Notes: generated from the sequence alone by a model not told the origin. A stretch of 64,000 nt of DNA from an uncultured bacterium (GCA_963722385.1 CAVRKK010000001.1:32001-96000); one strand, 5' to 3'. Positions 9,718 through 20,576 are shown, numbered from the stretch's first letter. Translations and numbers: made by a program.

Positions 9718-10661
9718 TAGTATTCTTCTTCTTCAAGATCGCTTTCTTGGCAGCTAAGGCTATCCTTTTTATTATCAATTTTATTATCAATAATAGGAGC
9801 TTTCTGGTTCTTTAGGCAGTCTGATATCAAGCTTTCAGCTCTTTCATTTTGATACATATGAGCCAATAATAAGGGCGTCTGGTTTGCTCTATTGCAAAGC
9901 TCGAGCGGGGCACCGTTTTCTAACAGAAGTTCGATAATACTAATATCTGCATCTTGCAGAATAGCCCAATGTAAAGGGGTATTGCGGTCTTTGTTAAAGT
10001 GCCATACCAGGTTCCGGTTTGTTCCCAGAATTTGCTTAACGAGATTTTGTATTTCTTCGATCATGCGAGTATATGCTTCGTTATCAATCGTTTCAGTATC
10101 CGGTTTTTTGGGAGCAGGCGATCTTGAGGCACTTGTCATGGCTATAAAATGGAAAAGAAACAAAAACATTGTTTCTTGATCGGCTAATTCAAGAGCGGTT
10201 TTACCTGCTTGATCACGGTCTTGTAGTGAAGCGCCATGAATTAATAAAATTTCTGTGATAATATTACTTGCTTGGGTTTTGATAGCCCAGTGCAATGGCG
10301 TGTCGCCCTCGCTATTTTCAGCAGCAATAAGAGCTGGCGAATGGGCGAGCAAATTTTCTACCGCCTCATCTTCATTCATGAATATTGCATTAAAAAAGAG
10401 CGTTATGAGCTCAGCGTGGTCGCTCTCTTCACAGACTTTTTTGGGTGGTCGCGGCTGGAAGTTATCATTTTGCTCAGTACTGGTTTCATTAAATAGCAGT
10501 TGTTTGCGAGCCCTTTTGTATGGGGTGGGGTATGTTTTGTAGGCTATCGCGTCTAGGTCGCTAAGATCAACCTTCTCGCTTTCGCTGTGTTCCATCCCAG
10601 CGAGATAAGTTGCCATGCTCATTGCTAATATGGACCATTTATAGCCTGTTTTTCGTAACAT
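9717..10661 (-). CDS. Secreted ankyrin-repeat protein
   Basis: GDTPLHWAI, GKTALELA, NTPLHWAI and QTPLLLA repeats; signal peptide; acidic tail. Confidence 0.9.
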   Translation of the reverse strand: MLRKTGYKWSILAMSMATYLAGMEHSESEKVDLSDLDAIAYKTYPTPYKRARKQLLFNETSTEQNDNFQPRPPKKVCEESDHAELITLFFNAIFMNEDEAVENLLAHSPALIAAENSEGDTPLHWAIKTQASNIITEILLIHGASLQDRDQAGKTALELADQETMFLFLFHFIAMTSASRSPAPKKPDTETIDNEAYTRMIEEIQNLVKQILGTNRNLVWHFNKDRNTPLHWAILQDADISIIELLLENGAPLELCNRANQTPLLLAHMYQNERAESLISDCLKNQKAPIIDNKIDNKKDSLSCQESDLEEEEY

Positions 10662-10841
10662 ATCGCCCCTTTTTGAAAAATGATACAGGGGAAGATCATA
10701 CTGCGATTTTTGAGCACTTGCAACTTTTCTTTTTAATTCTCATAAAAATATTTTTTATACAATTACTTTATATTAGCAATATATTGATATCAAAAAGTGA
10801 GGTTACAGGAGTGCTCTATAACCTCATCAATTTCAGAGAAA

Positions 10842-11507
10842 TTAGTCTTCTTTTTCAGGAGCGAGGTTTTGCCATAAGCGCGTAATGTCTTCGTCGCTTG
10901 TTACAGCCTCTAGGCAGGTTTTAAGATGCGCAATTAACTCATTATCCAAACTTATATCGTGGTTAGGAAGATCTTTTAAAGTGTCCTTGATTATATTAAG
11001 GAGATTTTGGAGACCTTCATTGGTTAAGTGTTCAATATTATAGTCAATAATTTGATCTGTAACCGTGCTTGCCATGCAAGCTACTGGTATTAGCAAAAGC
11101 TGTCCTATTGACGCGGCGAACCCGGCAAATAGAATACCTCCACAGTATGTGGAACATTCAGCGTTAGCTTCACGTGGCCACCAAGCATTGAGCATTCCAC
11201 AATACCAATGGGTAACTTCTGCCAAAAATTTAAGAGCTTCACGCACTTCCTTACCTGCTCCATTGGTTCTTAAAAGTTGAGCAACAAGATGTGCTGCCTT
11301 TACCGTATCAACTTTAAAAAATGGACTCTTACGTTCTTTAATCGTAGCACCCAAAGCTTGCTTCAGGTCGGCCAAAATTATCCACGCTGGAGCTCCCTCT
11401 TGAGCATTTGAAACATGTGTTGTTCGCGGGTCGTCCATTGTGTGCAGGCGAGAGCTGCCAAAATAGCCAGACATAACAAGCGCAAGTGATAAAAGTACTT
11501 TAAGCAT
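10842..11507 (-). CDS. Secreted hypothetical protein with a central hydrophobic segment
   Basis: ATG at 11507 after AAAGGAG; signal peptide followed by MDDP. Confidence 0.7.
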   Translation of the reverse strand: MLKVLLSLALVMSGYFGSSRLHTMDDPRTTHVSNAQEGAPAWIILADLKQALGATIKERKSPFFKVDTVKAAHLVAQLLRTNGAGKEVREALKFLAEVTHWYCGMLNAWWPREANAECSTYCGGILFAGFAASIGQLLLIPVACMASTVTDQIIDYNIEHLTNEGLQNLLNIIKDTLKDLPNHDISLDNELIAHLKTCLEAVTSDEDITRLWQNLAPEKED

Positions 11508-11630
11508 GATTGCTCCTTTTGGTAAAATATAAATCACTTTAAGTTAAGCACTTTTCTCTAAAAAATCAATTTTAAAATGAAGAGTAAGTTGAGTTAAAAA
11601 CCATTTTTTTTACCCTGTATCCAAAGGAAT

Positions 11631-11829
11631 GGCCTATGCGGCCAGCAGAAGGGTGCTAGCGTGACCTACGCTAATCGCCTTCTTTCGAAGGCTGCTCCGG
11701 ACAAAACATGCGTTACTTCGCATGTTTTGTCTTTCACCCCACACCACGGTTCCTTGGTCCCTCCAAACGGCCCCAACTCGGTCGCTTCGCATCCTAGATG
11801 CTCGAGCTTCCTCAAACAGGGAGGCCTCA
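11631..11829. repeat. GC-rich multi-hairpin dispersed repeat, copy A
   Basis: Several perfect hairpins, e.g. gacaaaacatgcg-ttactt-cgcatgttttgtc; shares ordered blocks with 26081..26223. Confidence 0.65.
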
Positions 11830-12089
11830 GCCGACTCCGCCATAGTGGCATCTAACAATCGACCTGATGTAATGAAGCTACGACGGCCGGATCAGAGTTG
11901 TTTATTAAAATGGAGATTTTTAACCTTATTTTGTTAATTTCACAATTCGCTCAATGAAAGATTGGTCCATAAATTGCTGATTGTTGAGCTGGATGGTTCG
12001 AGTTATATGAGAAAGATTTAGGTGTTCCCTTGTGTTATAATATATATCTTATAGTTTTAGATGGGTAAAAATCTGATAACAAAAAAGAG

Positions 12090-13319
12090 ATGATGAAAAT
12101 AGGTTCGATTAAAGATCCAAGGGTTGTCCGTGCTCGACAATTAACGACTTCGCAAGGTCGCCGCGCAGCTCAGCAATTTTTGTTAGAGGGCAAGGAACAA
12201 TTGAGCTGGGGATTAGAAGCGCGACTGAGCATTGAAGGTGTCTTTATTTATGAAAGGGCCCAAGAGGATGTTTTGATAAAAGATTTGGAGCGCCTTAAGA
12301 TTCCGTACAATGTTGTATCAGAGGGCATATTGAAAAAGATTACAGATACTTCTTATTTGGTGCCTATTGTTGGTGTCGCCAAAAACCCTGACATTGCCGA
12401 TGTGCACAAAGATTTTGTTATAGTATTAGACAATCTTATAGACCAGGGCAATATTGGGACCATTGTGCGCTCTGCTCATGCATTTGGCATAGATATGCTT
12501 ATAAGCACGCGTGAGAATGCTGATTTTTTTTATAAAAAGATTATTGATGCATCACGTGGTACGATTTTTAGGACACATCTCAAAAAATTTGATACTCCGG
12601 GCGATACGATACGTTACTTAAAAAATGAAGGCTATTTTGTTATTGCGACGAGTCCCCACGCACATCAGCTGCAATCTATGGTAAACTTGGCAGCTAAGCC
12701 TGTTGCATTAGTGCTTGGCAATGAAACTAATGGTTGCTCGCAGGAATTTATTCAACATGCCGATCTCTTAGTGCAAATACCCATGAAGTCAGATGTCGAG
12801 TCGCTTAATGTAGCTGTTGCGGCCGGCATCAGTATATATGAACTCAAGATAAAATTGGTTATAGCAATGCTTATTCAAAAAATTTATAAAAATCTTGGTC
12901 GTCAGTTTGGCGTTACCGTTAAGTTGATCCAGCAAGCCTTTGACGTGGAGTTAAAGAAGGTTACCAGTTTGTCTGCTCTGCAGGTGATTTTGCTTATGAT
13001 AGCAAAATGTGATCGTTTTATGTCGATTGATCAAGTAATGAAAGATATTGGGGAACATGGCGAGGGATTAGGTAATTTTCTTGCTCCATTGCGGGCAAAT
13101 GAGTATATAAATGATATAACCCAAGATGGCGTGTCTGGTATAGTATTAACGAAGCGTGGGGAAGAGCTTATAGCAAAACTGTGGCCTGTCGTTGAGGCAA
13201 CTGAAGAAAGAATATTAGATAATTTTTCGCCTCAAGACAGAGCCCAGCTTATCAAGTATATTACTCAAATTCATGATAATTGTTATAAAATAATAGCGGA
13301 TAATGCGAGTCACGCGTAG
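12090..13319 (+). CDS. TrmH/SpoU-family RNA 2'-O-methyltransferase fused to a MarR-like winged-helix domain
   Basis: DQGNIGTIVRSA, LVLGNETNG and IPM...ESLNVAVAAGI SPOUT motifs; C-terminal ~150 aa with LSALQ..IL, LTKRG and FSPQDRAQL MarR-like features. Confidence 0.85.
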   Translation: MMKIGSIKDPRVVRARQLTTSQGRRAAQQFLLEGKEQLSWGLEARLSIEGVFIYERAQEDVLIKDLERLKIPYNVVSEGILKKITDTSYLVPIVGVAKNPDIADVHKDFVIVLDNLIDQGNIGTIVRSAHAFGIDMLISTRENADFFYKKIIDASRGTIFRTHLKKFDTPGDTIRYLKNEGYFVIATSPHAHQLQSMVNLAAKPVALVLGNETNGCSQEFIQHADLLVQIPMKSDVESLNVAVAAGISIYELKIKLVIAMLIQKIYKNLGRQFGVTVKLIQQAFDVELKKVTSLSALQVILLMIAKCDRFMSIDQVMKDIGEHGEGLGNFLAPLRANEYINDITQDGVSGIVLTKRGEELIAKLWPVVEATEERILDNFSPQDRAQLIKYITQIHDNCYKIIADNASHA

Positions 13320-13331
13320 TAATAATTTTTT

Positions 13332-14537
13332 TTAAATGATAACAAATGCCGCGCAAACTGGACGCTCATGTCTTTCTTTTTCTTTTTGAGTAATGAGTTT
13401 TTCATGGCTGGTTGTGCCACAGGGGCTATTCATAATTTTTCTTTGTACATAGAGTGTGCTGCATCCTCCGCCGCCCATGTTGAGTGCGTATGTGCATCCT
13501 TGCTCGAGCATAAAATCTGCAAGCTGTGGTAATGCTAGGCCGCTACTATAGCCGGGCTGTCGTCCATCTACCACGACAAAAAGCCATTTGCCATCTGGCA
13601 AAATACCGACAGCTGAGCGTGGATGATCTTCGAAAATGAGCCATTTGCGCTCAGTTGCGTGCGAAAAATCAGCTCCGATTTCATCAGCGCAATGAGTAAT
13701 AGGCTTGTCCAGCTGAAAATCTTCCTCGAAATCATGCAGACAACTATTGTTACGTATAAGCAGGCCAGCGCCGCTCGCCGTAAAATCCATAGACGATATA
13801 TTAATATCCTGTTTGTTTTGTTTTAGTGTGATGCTGTGCTGGTAACTCACGTGCATCCCTTTCTTGAGTCGGCGCTCCAGAGGGCAGTCTTTACCGATCG
13901 AATACACAAAGCCTTTTTGCGGTATATGCGCGTTTCCTTTATCTACCAAAACATCAATAATGCGATTACGGGAAACAACAACTTCGTAGCCACGATTTCG
14001 TGTGCGCGTCGAGGAGCCAAAAGCAGGCGTATAAATGACAGCTTCAGCATCATCGCGTGGTTGATTAACTCTATCAACGTGGTAAGTATGGCCTCCAATT
14101 GATAATGTATGATGAGAATGTAGTGGGCCGTATAATGGCTTAGTCTCATTTTCTTTCCAACAAATCGCTGATCGCGAAATACCCGGATCAGCAAAGAGCT
14201 TATGTCGAATCTTCAAGAAATCGACGGCATTACCATTAAATGTGCCACCACGCCGATAATTATTGCAATTCATGCCTGCAATGCCACCGATGCGATCAAC
14301 AATGGAAGAAACAGGTTCGCGTGAACAACCGTCGCCCAGGGCATGCTCTAAGATAATACGTCTTTTGGCAGGATCTATCGTAAGCATGTAAATAACATGC
14401 AAGGTAGGATTACTCCGTATAATCGTTGTTAAGGTGAGGCCTGGAGCAATCTCTCGCGAGTATTTCGTACAATGGAGCCCATATGAGCAAAAAAATAGGC
14501 CAATTAAGATTTTAGCTATAACGAAATTTTTGAACAT
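13332..14537 (-). CDS. Exported phosphodiester glycosidase (NAGPA/DUF2233) family protein
   Basis: HPRSAVG, VVVDGRQPGYSSG and ALNMGGGGCSTL (canonical NLDGGGS is varied). Confidence 0.85.
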   Translation of the reverse strand: MFKNFVIAKILIGLFFCSYGLHCTKYSREIAPGLTLTTIIRSNPTLHVIYMLTIDPAKRRIILEHALGDGCSREPVSSIVDRIGGIAGMNCNNYRRGGTFNGNAVDFLKIRHKLFADPGISRSAICWKENETKPLYGPLHSHHTLSIGGHTYHVDRVNQPRDDAEAVIYTPAFGSSTRTRNRGYEVVVSRNRIIDVLVDKGNAHIPQKGFVYSIGKDCPLERRLKKGMHVSYQHSITLKQNKQDINISSMDFTASGAGLLIRNNSCLHDFEEDFQLDKPITHCADEIGADFSHATERKWLIFEDHPRSAVGILPDGKWLFVVVDGRQPGYSSGLALPQLADFMLEQGCTYALNMGGGGCSTLYVQRKIMNSPCGTTSHEKLITQKEKERHERPVCAAFVII

Positions 14538-14659
14538 GTTGCTATCGATACTTTAGCTAACAATTTTGGTAATATGGGAGCACCTAGATAATGTTAACAA
14601 ACCCGAGCGAAAAGTTAATAAGGTTTTAAATATCGGTCAATGTTGGTTGCGCTGCAATC

Positions 14660-15862
14660 CTAAAACCACGTTGCAGCTTTTTTATCGAGCCGAGTTATAA
14701 GGTTTCCCACTGATTGCCAGCTGACTATGTTCCCTCGGCTTCTCGATTGATTTTCGCTACCGCCATATATGACGTAGCTGTTAACGGGATTAGCCTCTGC
14801 AAGTTCATTCCATGCTTCAAGACTCTTAAAAAATTCGTAGGAAAGCGTTTCTGAGGCTTTGATTTCTATAGGAAATAGCTGGGTTTCGAGAGAAACTAAG
14901 CAGTCTACTTCTATCCTGCCATTTTTATCACGCCAAAAGTAAAGCGGAGGCCGTCTTCCGGTGTTATAAAATTGTTTTGCCAAGTCACTTATTATGAAAT
15001 TTTCAAAGAGGCTGCCTTTAAAAGGGTTGAGCGCAAGGGTCTTTGAGGAGGTGATCCCCAATAGATTGCAGACAATACCAGTATCGTAGAAATACAGCTT
15101 AGGGGTTCTTGTGAGCCTTTTGTTGAAATTATTATAATAAGGCTGCAGGAGAAAAACAATATAACTCGCTTCAAGTATTGAAAGCCACTTATGTGCGGTG
15201 GGGCTGCTGATACCACAATAAGCAGCTAAATCAGTGAGATTAAGCTGTTGGCCAACTCGGCCGGCACATAAGCCTAAAAATTTCTGAAATGTCCGCAAGT
15301 CGCCGACATTGACTAAGTTGCGAACGTCTCGTTCGATATAGGTATGAATATAAGCAGCATAGAGATCTGCTGGGGCGATTTTTTCTGCATAGAGTCGAGG
15401 ATAGCTTCCTTGAACGATGTAATCATTCACGTTGTCATGGAGAAGTTTGTTTTCTTTTAATTCGTTAATAGAAAGGGCAAGCAGCGTAAGGATCCCCACT
15501 CTTCCGGCTAATGATTGGCTTATAGCTTGGTTCATAAGGAAATTGTGAGAACCGGTTAGCACAAAGTAGCCCGCTCTTTTTTGCTGATCAACTTCAAGCT
15601 GGAGGTAGTGCAAAAGCTGGGGGACGTATTGGAATTCGTCTAAGATGACGCCATGCTTGTTTTCAGCCTCTTTCAAAAATTGCTTAGGGTCGGTAGCGGC
15701 GAACTCCCTAATGGCAGGATCTTCGAAAGAAAAAAATTGGTGCTTTTTAAAATTTGTTTGTGCAAAGGTAGTTTTTCCTGATTGGCGAGGGCCCAAAATT
15801 GCTATGACAGGAAATTTTTTAAATCGAGCGAGCGTTTTTCTGATATCTCTCGTAAATAACAT
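14660..15862 (-). CDS. AAA+ ATPase with DUF4143 domain
   Basis: GPRQSGKTT, ILDEFQ, LTGS, SLAGR, PKLYFYDTG and EVD..IEIK motifs. Confidence 0.92.
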   Translation of the reverse strand: MLFTRDIRKTLARFKKFPVIAILGPRQSGKTTFAQTNFKKHQFFSFEDPAIREFAATDPKQFLKEAENKHGVILDEFQYVPQLLHYLQLEVDQQKRAGYFVLTGSHNFLMNQAISQSLAGRVGILTLLALSINELKENKLLHDNVNDYIVQGSYPRLYAEKIAPADLYAAYIHTYIERDVRNLVNVGDLRTFQKFLGLCAGRVGQQLNLTDLAAYCGISSPTAHKWLSILEASYIVFLLQPYYNNFNKRLTRTPKLYFYDTGIVCNLLGITSSKTLALNPFKGSLFENFIISDLAKQFYNTGRRPPLYFWRDKNGRIEVDCLVSLETQLFPIEIKASETLSYEFFKSLEAWNELAEANPVNSYVIYGGSENQSRSRGNIVSWQSVGNLITRLDKKAATWF

Positions 15863-15869
15863 ATGTTCC

Positions 15870-15906
15870 TTGTGCTACTTTAAAGTTAGATTTTAAAGTA
15901 GCACAA
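15870..15906. promoter_or_regulatory. Operator-like inverted repeat upstream of the AAA/DUF4143 gene
   Basis: 15-bp perfect arms ttgtgctactttaaa/tttaaagtagcacaa with a 7-bp spacer, next to the start codon. Confidence 0.6.
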
Positions 15907-16644
15907 CTTCCAGGGGAAGAGCAAGGTTTTTCTCTTTTAAGCGTATGCTCACGCTAAGGTTCCAAATTTGCGACTTTTCAGACAGGCTCTTAGTTCGCCC
16001 TCAGTAATTAATAATTATTCTCGGCTTGTTTTTCTTAAAGTTATGGGAAGCAACATGTTTTTTAAGGTAGGAGATTGAGGATTTATAAGTTTTTGGTTAG
16101 GTGAGTCGGTAACTGTTGCGTTTTCATTTTCAGTTTGAATTTTAACAGAAAGCTCAGGAGAAGCTTGTGGGGAGGTTATAACCTTGACCGTCAGCAAGGG
16201 TTGAGACTAGTAAGTAAAAACAAAGTAAAAGTCTCATAAAAACTCCTCTGTTAAAGCGCTACGTACTCGTGAGCAATCTTATAAAAAAGTTGAGTTTCGT
16301 CAACTCTTTTAAGTTTTTAAATCACCACAGCAAAAATGGCATATCAATTTAGGTTTTGAAATTTTCGCCCTTTTTTTGTTCTTGTTTAATCGGCGTTTTC
16401 AGAATCCGAACGAGATGAATTTAAATAAAGTTTTTACGAGAGATGATTGAGCTCATAGTTCATCTTTGTATTGTTTAACCTGGTTGATTCTTGATAGAAA
16501 TCTAAGGATTTTGCCAGCCAGCTTCTACCTCGCCTGGAGGAGCGTAGCTCTCTATAAAATTTATAGCTGAAAGTGCCCTTGCTTGCGCCGGCAAGCTTTG
16601 ATAAGCTGGGAGTGCTTCAAAAAGATAGTAATGGGGTGCATTTG

Positions 16645-17217
16645 ATGAACGATTGTCTGCCTTGCAAAAGCAACGAACTTTCTGGTCTAAAAATCGCGAT
16701 TTTAGCAACCAATGGCGTTGAAGAATCTGAGTTGACAGAGCCTCGAAAAGCTTTTGATGATGTTGGAGCAAAAACGTATCTTGTTTCACCATCGTACCCT
16801 AATTTGCGTGCCTGGCACACCGGCCAGTGGGGCCAATTATATAACGTTGATGTTGCTCTCAATACTGCAGATTCTCATAACTTTAATGCGCTTGTTTTAC
16901 CCGGCGGCGTGATGAATCCCGACTCTTTGCGTATGGATCCTCTTGCTGTCGCCTTTGTTAAACAATTTTTTAAAGCTGGCAAACCAATTGCTTCAATTTG
17001 TCATGGTCCCTGGCTTCTTGTTGAGGCAGATATTATTAAGGGGAAAAAGCTGACCTCATGGCCTTCGCTTAAAACAGATATACGAAATGCGGGAGGTCTC
17101 TGGCTTGATGAAGAAGTTGTTATTGATGATGGCATAATAACCTCACGTAAACCAAGCGATATTCCGGCTTTTGCTAAAGCAGCTATTCAGATATTTAGGC
17201 ACCTTAAGAAAGCTTGA
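16645..17217 (+). CDS. pfpI: DJ-1/PfpI family glutamine amidotransferase-like protein
   Basis: GVEESEL, LVLPGG, ASICHGPW and ITSRKP motifs. Confidence 0.92.
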   Translation: MNDCLPCKSNELSGLKIAILATNGVEESELTEPRKAFDDVGAKTYLVSPSYPNLRAWHTGQWGQLYNVDVALNTADSHNFNALVLPGGVMNPDSLRMDPLAVAFVKQFFKAGKPIASICHGPWLLVEADIIKGKKLTSWPSLKTDIRNAGGLWLDEEVVIDDGIITSRKPSDIPAFAKAAIQIFRHLKKA

Positions 17218-17223
17218 GCACGA

Positions 17224-17862
17224 ATGACCAAAAAATTATTTTGGCAAGATCCCTACCAAACGCAGCTCGATACTTGTATTACCAGTGTTGACGGTAATAA
17301 AGTCACTGTTGCGGAAACAATCTTTTATGCGTTCTCTGGCGCACAAGAAAGCGATGCCGGGACGATCGGTTATAAGCGTGTTATTGAGGCAAGAAAAGAG
17401 GGTAAAGAAATTATTTATGCTCTCGAAACTAATCATGGTCTGGGGCTGGGTGATCAGGTAACGATGTGTATCGATTGGGAGCGGCGCTATCGGCTTATGC
17501 GCTTGCATTTTGCAGCAGAGCTTGTTCTCGAGTTGATTGGCAGGCACTTAAAGAGCATCGAGAAAATCGGTGCTCATATTGCACAGGATAAGGCGCGCAT
17601 TGATTTTAAATGGCCAAGTAATATTTCCCAGATTTTTCCGCACGTCAAATCTGAAGCACAAAATATTATCAATGCTGATCATCGCATAATAAGCGCTTTT
17701 AGTGACGAAGAAAACCAACGGCGTTATTGGGAAATAGAAGGATTCGCTCGCGTTTCCTGTGGAGGCACCCATCCCAAGCGAACCGCCGAGATTGGTGAAA
17801 TTTCCCTCAAGCATGACAATAGAGGCAAAGGACAAGAGAGAGTTATTATCTCCTTGTCGTAA
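17224..17862 (+). CDS. alaX: Alanyl-tRNA editing protein (AlaX-type)
   Basis: TIFYAFSGAQESDAG, MRLHFAAE and CGGTH motifs. Confidence 0.88.
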   Translation: MTKKLFWQDPYQTQLDTCITSVDGNKVTVAETIFYAFSGAQESDAGTIGYKRVIEARKEGKEIIYALETNHGLGLGDQVTMCIDWERRYRLMRLHFAAELVLELIGRHLKSIEKIGAHIAQDKARIDFKWPSNISQIFPHVKSEAQNIINADHRIISAFSDEENQRRYWEIEGFARVSCGGTHPKRTAEIGEISLKHDNRGKGQERVIISLS

Positions 17863-17912
17863 TTATCCTCTGATCGTATATAAAACAGTGTTATTTTTGG
17901 TGACATTTTTCA

Positions 17913-17987
17913 AAATATATACGCTGCATATCTGCAGCGTATATATTTGAGTTGCCTTACAAAAACATTAATAATGCAGCGTATATA
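17913..17987. repeat. 16-bp-arm hairpin plus a third copy of the arm; likely terminator between convergent genes
   Basis: aaatatatacgctgca-tatc-tgcagcgtatatattt; tgcagcgtatata recurs at 17975..17987. Confidence 0.6.
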
Positions 17988-18006
17988 ACTGAATTACTCT
18001 TCCGTA

Positions 18007-18252
18007 CTAGGGAGAATGTTTTTTGAACGCTTCCTCCGTAGCAGTGACAATGTTTTTTGGGATGAGCGGTTGGCATTTACGATGTAAAGCCCATTCTTCG
18101 ATTACGCAGTAACCCTTGGAGCCGAGTAGCAAATAGGCCCCGCCCAAATTCTTGCAGAACATTGCTGCAGGGTTGGGCATACCGATTTGTGGCGATACTG
18201 TTGCTGATATAACTAATGCAATTAATGGTACAAGTGCTAATACCTTCTTCAT
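18007..18252 (-). CDS. DUF333-like small secreted protein
   Basis: Signal peptide; IGMPNPAAMFC..LGG..GYC..EEWAL motif. Confidence 0.75.
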   Translation of the reverse strand: MKKVLALVPLIALVISATVSPQIGMPNPAAMFCKNLGGAYLLLGSKGYCVIEEWALHRKCQPLIPKNIVTATEEAFKKHSP

Positions 18253-18668
18253 GGTATTCTCCTCAAGTAAACGGATTTAAAAATGACTGATAGATTTTAT
18301 ATTTTTCCTTGCCTTTTCGCCTTATAACTCTTATATTATTTCAGTTATAACATATTTATACAAGAAATATCAACAAATTTGCGGACAAGAGAATAAAAAA
18401 GGTTTTATTCTTCCCCGTGTTCAGCACCAAACCAGGGGTAATTTTAAGAACTTTGTTAAAATTTGTTTGGTTTTCACCATTTTTTAAAAAGCTCTGGGGT
18501 AAATAAGCTCTGAAATCACCATGGATATTTAAATATTCCCTTTATCCCATCAAGCAAGATCGTTAAAGCCCAGGAAGCGAACACTGGCAAAGGTGTAGAA
18601 GTGGGTAAGATGACTAATGGGAGTGATAAATTATTGAGTTCTTGTCAAAAATATTGCTATTTTGATAA

Positions 18669-19073
18669 ATGCATATTCGAAGCAGAAAGCGCCGGCTTTT
18701 AAGCCGGCCGTGCTTTACTCGTTACGTATACTCAGCGGGCTATCAACGTTGGAAACGAATTACCGAATCCCAGTGGCTTCATGAAAAAATTAGTGATGAA
18801 TCTGAAAAAGCGCGGAAGCTTGCTGAGGCAGTCCGTGAAATAAGCAATAATCTTCCATCTGAATATGTTACAACACGGCTATTTTACCATTACAATCTCT
18901 TGCGTGAGCTGCGTAAGGAGAAGCCGGCTGATTTGCCTGAACATATCGATAGCGTCTGGTTAGAGAATGAAATAAAGTCATCGCTTGCTCAAACGAGGTT
19001 TGCCAAATTTGTCAAAGATCGATCCGCTTGGCTGGATCGCCGATTATATCCGCTGGTATCGGAAATAGCTTAA
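18669..19073 (+). pseudogene. Hypothetical ORF, probably the 3' part of a frameshifted gene
   Basis: No clear RBS; another open frame upstream (~18520-18700) suggests a disrupted longer gene. Confidence 0.35.
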
Positions 19074-19157
19074 ATTTTAGAAAAAACGACTTGCTTTCGC
19101 TTTTAAAAAAATGCTATTATAAGATAATAATATTTTAATTAACCAATATAGGCCTAA

Positions 19158-20576
19158 ATGATTGCAATATTGTTTTCATACATGATAGCTGCTTTATTGA
19201 GCTTCGTTATTTTTGCTGAAGAAAATACTCAGCCCTGCTTACCAGAATTTACTATGGTTACGCTCTCCACGCCCAATCGTGCGGGCTTTGCTGATATGGT
19301 TGAGAAAAATCAGCGAGTGTATGCTCGGCGTCACGGCTATGGCTACGTGAAGTTTGATCGTTCGTTAGATCCTTCTCGTCCTGAAGAGTGGAGCAAAATT
19401 AAGGCTTTACTGGAAGTGCTCAATGACACTAATCCCTGCTGGCTTCTATGGATAGATGACGATATTATAATCACCGACCCTCAAAAGCCTTTGACCTATT
19501 TTACTGATAAATATGGCCATGGCAAAGATCTCATTATTGCGCGCGACGCTGAGTATCAGCGGGGGGTTCCCTTTAACAATGGTATCTTTCTGCTGCGTAA
19601 TAGTCCTTGGAGCAGAGAATTTCTTAAAAATGTTTGGCAAGAGGGACCTAAAAGATCTTATCTGGTACGAGGCAAATCTCTTTTGGAGCAGCAGACGATG
19701 ACCGACCTTATCAATGAGAATGCGTTGGATGCTGCCAAATCTATCATTATTAATCAACGAGAGATAAACTCTTTTTTACGCTCGCCCTTTCAATACCCTA
19801 ACGATCCACCGGAATCTAAATGGCAACCCGGCGACTTCGCGGCCCATGTTACCGGTATGGCTCTTGAGCAACGCCGTGACATCATCAAGGAACTGTTAAC
19901 AGATTCGTATCGAGTGCCGGCCACTATGGTGGCTGAAGAAAGAAATCTTCAGAATAAGTTAAAAAAGCAGGAAGCAGAGAAATTAGTACAAGAACATATT
20001 TTAAAAACGGGCACTGATAAATTGACCGCTGATGCCTTAAGAGATGCTGCTTTGCAGGGTGATCCCGTTGCTCAACTTGAGGCGGCGGTTCTTTCTTTAC
20101 GTGAAGGTGATGAGGAAGGTGCAAAATTTTACCTTAATCTTGCTCGCCTCCATGGCGTTGGGCAAGCAGGAAAAGTTTTAGACCATTTACCCCAGGTACC
20201 CAATCTGCGACCGCTCAGATCCCAGGAAGACGAATGCTCGCTTAAGCTTGCTGCTGACGCGGGTGATCCGAAAGCTATGCTTGATATAGGCCTCATATAT
20301 TCGCGATCCAATAACAAAGAGAAAGAAGCGCGCTCTTATCTTAATCGCGCGAGTGAAAATGGTGTTATGGTAGCTACCGCAATCTTAAAAAATAGTGATA
20401 AGCAAGAACACCTGCTCAAGTTTGCGGCTGATACTGGTGATGCAAACGCTCAGTACCAACTCGGCTGGTTTTATCTAACGCGCGCTCGAAATAGCGAAGC
20501 AGAGCACTATTTTAGCTTGGCTCTGCATAATGGTGTTGAGCTTGCAGAAATTATGCTCGGGATCGCCAAAAATTGA
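19158..20576 (+). CDS. Secreted GT34 (GMA12/MNN10-like) glycosyltransferase fused to Sel1-like repeats
   Basis: YARRHGY, WSKI, WLLWIDDD, FNNGIFLLRNS.WS.EFL, EQ and WQPGDFAAH motifs; C-terminal AA..GD..A..LG repeats. Confidence 0.85.
   Translation: MIAILFSYMIAALLSFVIFAEENTQPCLPEFTMVTLSTPNRAGFADMVEKNQRVYARRHGYGYVKFDRSLDPSRPEEWSKIKALLEVLNDTNPCWLLWIDDDIIITDPQKPLTYFTDKYGHGKDLIIARDAEYQRGVPFNNGIFLLRNSPWSREFLKNVWQEGPKRSYLVRGKSLLEQQTMTDLINENALDAAKSIIINQREINSFLRSPFQYPNDPPESKWQPGDFAAHVTGMALEQRRDIIKELLTDSYRVPATMVAEERNLQNKLKKQEAEKLVQEHILKTGTDKLTADALRDAALQGDPVAQLEAAVLSLREGDEEGAKFYLNLARLHGVGQAGKVLDHLPQVPNLRPLRSQEDECSLKLAADAGDPKAMLDIGLIYSRSNNKEKEARSYLNRASENGVMVATAILKNSDKQEHLLKFAADTGDANAQYQLGWFYLTRARNSEAEHYFSLALHNGVELAEIMLGIAKN

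Noticed and set aside
11634..11937. Four short overlapping ORFs
   Set aside because: By-products of the GC-rich hairpin repeat, with no RBS or recognisable motifs
16015..16237. Small secreted protein
   Set aside because: The RBS-linked ATG at 16237 is out of frame with the 60-aa ORF; it may be a relic but cannot be supported
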